NCBI GenBank assembly: GCA_001179505.1
Contig: CDMY01000402.1
Span: 21,792 to 85,791 of the forward strand
DNA from: Vitrella brassicaformis CCMP3155
Lineage: Eukaryota > Protista > Chromerida
Direction of reading: 5' to 3'
Length of the DNA stretch: 64,000 nt
The first letter of the stretch is position 1. Every line of letters begins with the position of its first letter. The notes under the pieces are model-generated. The model saw nothing but the letters and a program-made list of their open reading frames with translations, did no database searches and was not told the origin of the DNA. The position numbers and the translations under genes were made by a program. Shown in pieces: positions 60,566-64,000 of this stretch.

Positions 60566-61494
60566 TTCGCCAACAAGACCGCACCGCTGCTTGTCTGCGA
60601 CGCCGGGCATGTCGACCAACCATTCGCGGCGCTCACCTGAGCCAACGTTGGGCGAGCGGCTGTCTGTCTTTGCCGCCTCGGCCCCATCGAACATTGCTGT
60701 ACACACGATAGAAAGGCAAGACAAAGAATGGCCTTCCGTCTGTCTTCCCATCCCCCCGTCTCTCGTCTTCCCTTACTCTTGGTCGTTTGCTGTTTGTCCA
60801 CCTGCGGAGGCATCCCAACCGTATGCGTCACAAACCCATAGCTGCAATCCGTCACAAACCCATAGCCTGCAATGGTGCACATACGGCATGACATCCAAAG
60901 CCGCCTGCACACGAGCAACGCTTACCGCTGCCAAAGGTTGGCACCCCAGTCCTGCCACCGAGGGCTGACATCTCAGGGCGCCTTGGGGGTCCTGGAGGCA
61001 CAGCAAGCTAGCAAACAGTCTTTGCTTTGGTTGTTGCTCACCGTACAAACCCAGCCCCGGTTCGCGACCAAAGCCACCTCCGGTCCCTGCAACAGGCGAG
61101 TGTGGAGGGACGGCGAGGACAAGGTCGGTTGGCTGGCTCGCTGTCATCGCTTACTGTGTGTCGGGAATGAAGGCACCGTGGGGTTGTGAAACACAAGATT
61201 CCTCTCGTCAACCGGAAGGCCTGCATTCAGCCGAAGGCCGTTCATCAGAGCACCTATTTCCAGTCATTGCAAAACTCACTGGGCTCGAAATGACAGTCCG
61301 GTTCCGGGTCGGGGTCGGTCCAGAATGAGCAGCACTTGTTCCCCATCGAGCTAAATGAGCCCTGCGGGGAAAGAAGATCATGGAGGGAGATCAGGGAGAC
61401 GGGTGTGTGACATACATTAACTCATAGCGCAACGGCAGGCAGAGTCTGTCGGTCTCTCATGAAACGAACTGCGTCAACATCGACCAACCCTCAA

Positions 61495-64000
61495 TCATGC
61501 GACAAACATGCCAGCACCATCCTCAGCGCCCGCCTGGCGTATCTTCCAGCGGCGCCGCCCACCACGTACACACATACTCGCACTACACGCCAACGCAACA
61601 GACAGACGAGCACGAACCCACCCCATCACCTGGCCATACGACTTGTCTGCCCACGCAGCCTTGGTGCGGAGCTTCTCAACCAGGCGGCTGAAAAAACCGT
61701 TGGCCTCTCTGCCCCACACACCATCCACCGTGACGCACAAGGGGGTGAAGTGGATGGACCTGTCCTCGCACACACGGCTGTGGTGGGCCTTTTTGGTCTT
61801 GGCCTTGTTCTTGAGGATGGAGGCGGTGGATTGCTTGCGGTAGGACGGTGCGTCAGCGTTCATCACGCATACGTCGAACGACACGTGCTTCTGCCTCTCC
61901 CACACCCCTCTCACCACCATGTCCGTCCGCACCCCCTTCTCCCCCTCCTCGGGCTCCACGATCACCACCTCCTTCCTGACCACCGACTCGCCCCAAGCCT
62001 TGGCAGAAAGGTCGCACAGCACGTCCACCACCTTGTTGTGCCGCCAAATCACCAACCCACCCACCCCACAGTTGAGGGCGTGGTCGAGCGAGTATGCAGC
62101 CCCGCAGCCGTCGCAGTGCGTGGGCATCTTGGGAGGTTCATAGGCGTACCGCATGGCCATGTTGTCGCGGAGCTCGTCAGGCGTCAGGTCGATGTGGTCC
62201 TCCGCGTCAGGCCGGCAAGTCACCCACCCGGCCGTCTTGGCCTCGATCGCCCGGTGGACCGCCCGCCGTCTCTCTGGGGGCAGCTGCTAGAGCCCGTCCT
62301 CGAAGCGCTCCTTGGCTGCCTCATCGGTCGCCCGCCGCCCCTCCTGGACCGCTTGCTGCATGTCAACACGGTGCTGGAAGGGGTTGAATGGAGGGCCGTC
62401 GGTTGGGTCGCCGTTCTGGAAGGTGGACACCAGCAGGGAGGTGCCCTTGGTGGACGTCTCGTATGCCGCCGCCACTCGCTCCATCGGGTCCCTCACCCCT
62501 ATCCCCCCATGACGCGCAGGCAGCATCATCAGCTGGGCCTCAGTGGCGGTCACCGCATGGCTGGAGAGCTGGGTGAGGTAGTGGGTGAGGGCATCTCGCA
62601 GAGGCTGGAATGTCGCCCGCTCCTCAGGCATCACCCGCATAAAGAAATCCCACTCGGCCTGCAGAGACGTTGTGAGTGCTGTGCAAGCTGCCTGCGGGTA
62701 CTTGGCCGCTGCATCCGCCTTCCGGTTGACACACCGCTGCCACTCTTCCACCTTCTCGGCGGCGTAGGCCCGCTTGCCCTCCGCGGTCCCCACAAATCCC
62801 CCCATATATCGAGCACCACTCACAATCTCCACGTCGGTATCGCCAAACACCTCCCGCGCCCGCTCCTTGCAACCCGCCCGCACCACCAGCTTGCTCTTCT
62901 TGCCGTTGGGGTGGTAGTCCCTCAGTGGCCCTCTCCGCTGCAGCTCATCCCACCACTCGCGCACCGGCTGGAGGCCTCTCACCTTGGCGGAGTCGTCGGC
63001 AAACCATGCCTGAGGGCCCTCATCTGCTGGCCGCTTCATCTCCCACACAAGCGGAAGGGTGGCCACAGAGTAAAAGAGGGAGGCCAAGGGGTCGCCTTGT
63101 GTGGTCCCTCCTTGGCTCCACAGCGGCGCGGATTGGTCGCGCATATAGAGGGCCGCATGGCCACGATAGGTGTTGAACAGGAAGCGAGAGCACCGAGGCC
63201 ACAAAATGCGGACGTTCCACAGGGCGGCAGGGCGATTCATCGTGTTGAAGACGTTCGTCGCATCCACCAGGATCGCGCACTCCACGCCCCCTGAGTCGAA
63301 CTCGCCGGACACCGTATGAATGGCACCCTCCACGCCCCCCTTCAGCCCGGCACACAGCTGGTCCGCACCGCACACAATCTCCGCATCCACCCCGACTGCC
63401 TTGGCTATCGCCTTGCCCATGATGCGCATCAGGACCTCCCCGATCCCGATGGGCCGCACCTTCGGTTGCTTGTCCAGACCGATAAGCCGACATGCGCGCA
63501 GGGCCTGCAGCCGCTCCCAGGGCACGTCCTCGTTGGCGATGTGGGAGGCCATGGCCGCTAACTCACTGCGCAGCTCCGCACTTGCCGCGCCACCCTTGAG
63601 AAGGAGTTGCTTCCACACCGATGACTCGCCACCAACTGATCCGGCGCCTCCTTCGTTGCCCTTGCCGCCCGCTCGATGTGGTTGGAGGTGATCTCGACCT
63701 GGGTGAGGGGAGGGAGGGGCCGGTCAAGGAAGCAGGACGGGTCAGGGTCACTCTGGGCAGGGTGCTTCGACTCGAGGACCTCCCGAATGGTGCGGCCCGC
63801 AGGGTCGGCCTCAGCCAGGTCGTTGGGGTCCAGGGTGCCTCCACCTCCCCGCTCGGTCAGGAACCGGACGGCCTGCCTGACCTTGTCCTTGTCGACCAGG
63901 CGACGGAATTGGCGCAGCGTGGCCTCGTTGGCGTCGTCCTTGCCGACAGGCCTGGTGGCCAGGAGGGCGTTGTTCCGCTCAGCCTCCTGCACGAGCTGCT
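61495..64000 (-). mobile_element. Degenerate non-LTR retrotransposon, CRE-like clade (RT + zinc knuckle + restriction-like endonuclease); 5' part lies beyond the window
   Basis: RT motifs VRPIGIGEVLMRI, DQLCAGLKGGVEGAIH, VDATNVFNTMNR, GTTQGDPLA and WFADD. Zinc knuckle CDGC...LDHALNC. RLE-like HNKVVDVL...RTDMVVRG...FDVCV...KKAHH...FTPL..TVDG.WG.EA. Intronless. Frameshift at ~63650 and in-frame TAG at 62287-62289. Confidence 0.93.

Noticed and set aside
61459-63294. 611-aa plus-strand ORF
   Set aside because: It is the antisense shadow of the GC-rich RT coding sequence and has no recognisable motifs.
1-64000. CRISPR arrays, rRNA or prokaryotic operon-like systems
   Set aside because: None seen. 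All repeats are contiguous tandem repeats without unique spacers, and the genes are spliceosomal-intron-rich eukaryotic genes.

Overview
Eukaryotic, GC-rich, intron-dense genomic DNA with three 300-N scaffold gaps. The introns are loaded with (CA)n/(TG)n, (CAGA)n/(TCTG)n and (GGAT)n microsatellites. Bipartite signal+transit leaders and BTB/coiled-coil expansion-type genes suggest a photosynthetic alveolate (chromerid, Vitrella-like); this is an inference. The ORF track is mostly misleading because genes are spliced, so gene models were rebuilt by hand from GT/GC-AG sites and protein motifs. Core genes: CK2 beta, plastid-targeted ThrRS, a UCH deubiquitinase, FAM136A, a plastid SET methyltransferase, C2CD5, a PDI, an FCP1/SCP-family phosphatase, a vWA protein, mL49 and a GRDP-family protein. 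Several are arranged as tight divergent pairs. Accessory or decaying zones: 23.4-31.6 kb (coiled-coil gene plus a rearranged partial duplicate), 37.8-40.3 kb (BTB-like family gene) and 51.8-64 kb (an inverted, overlapping pair of HAD-IIA phosphatase paralogs and a degenerate CRE-like non-LTR retrotransposon). Best leads: (1) a 1.3-kb TIR-less insertion with an exact 8-bp target-site duplication that carries a foreign gene fragment and splits a HAD exon; (2) introns with complementary microsatellites at opposite ends; (3) the head-to-head HAD pair, which shares a conserved GC-AG intron while both copies carry lesions; (4) an acylated GRDP protein with a PUB-like insert. No tRNA, rRNA or CRISPR array was found.
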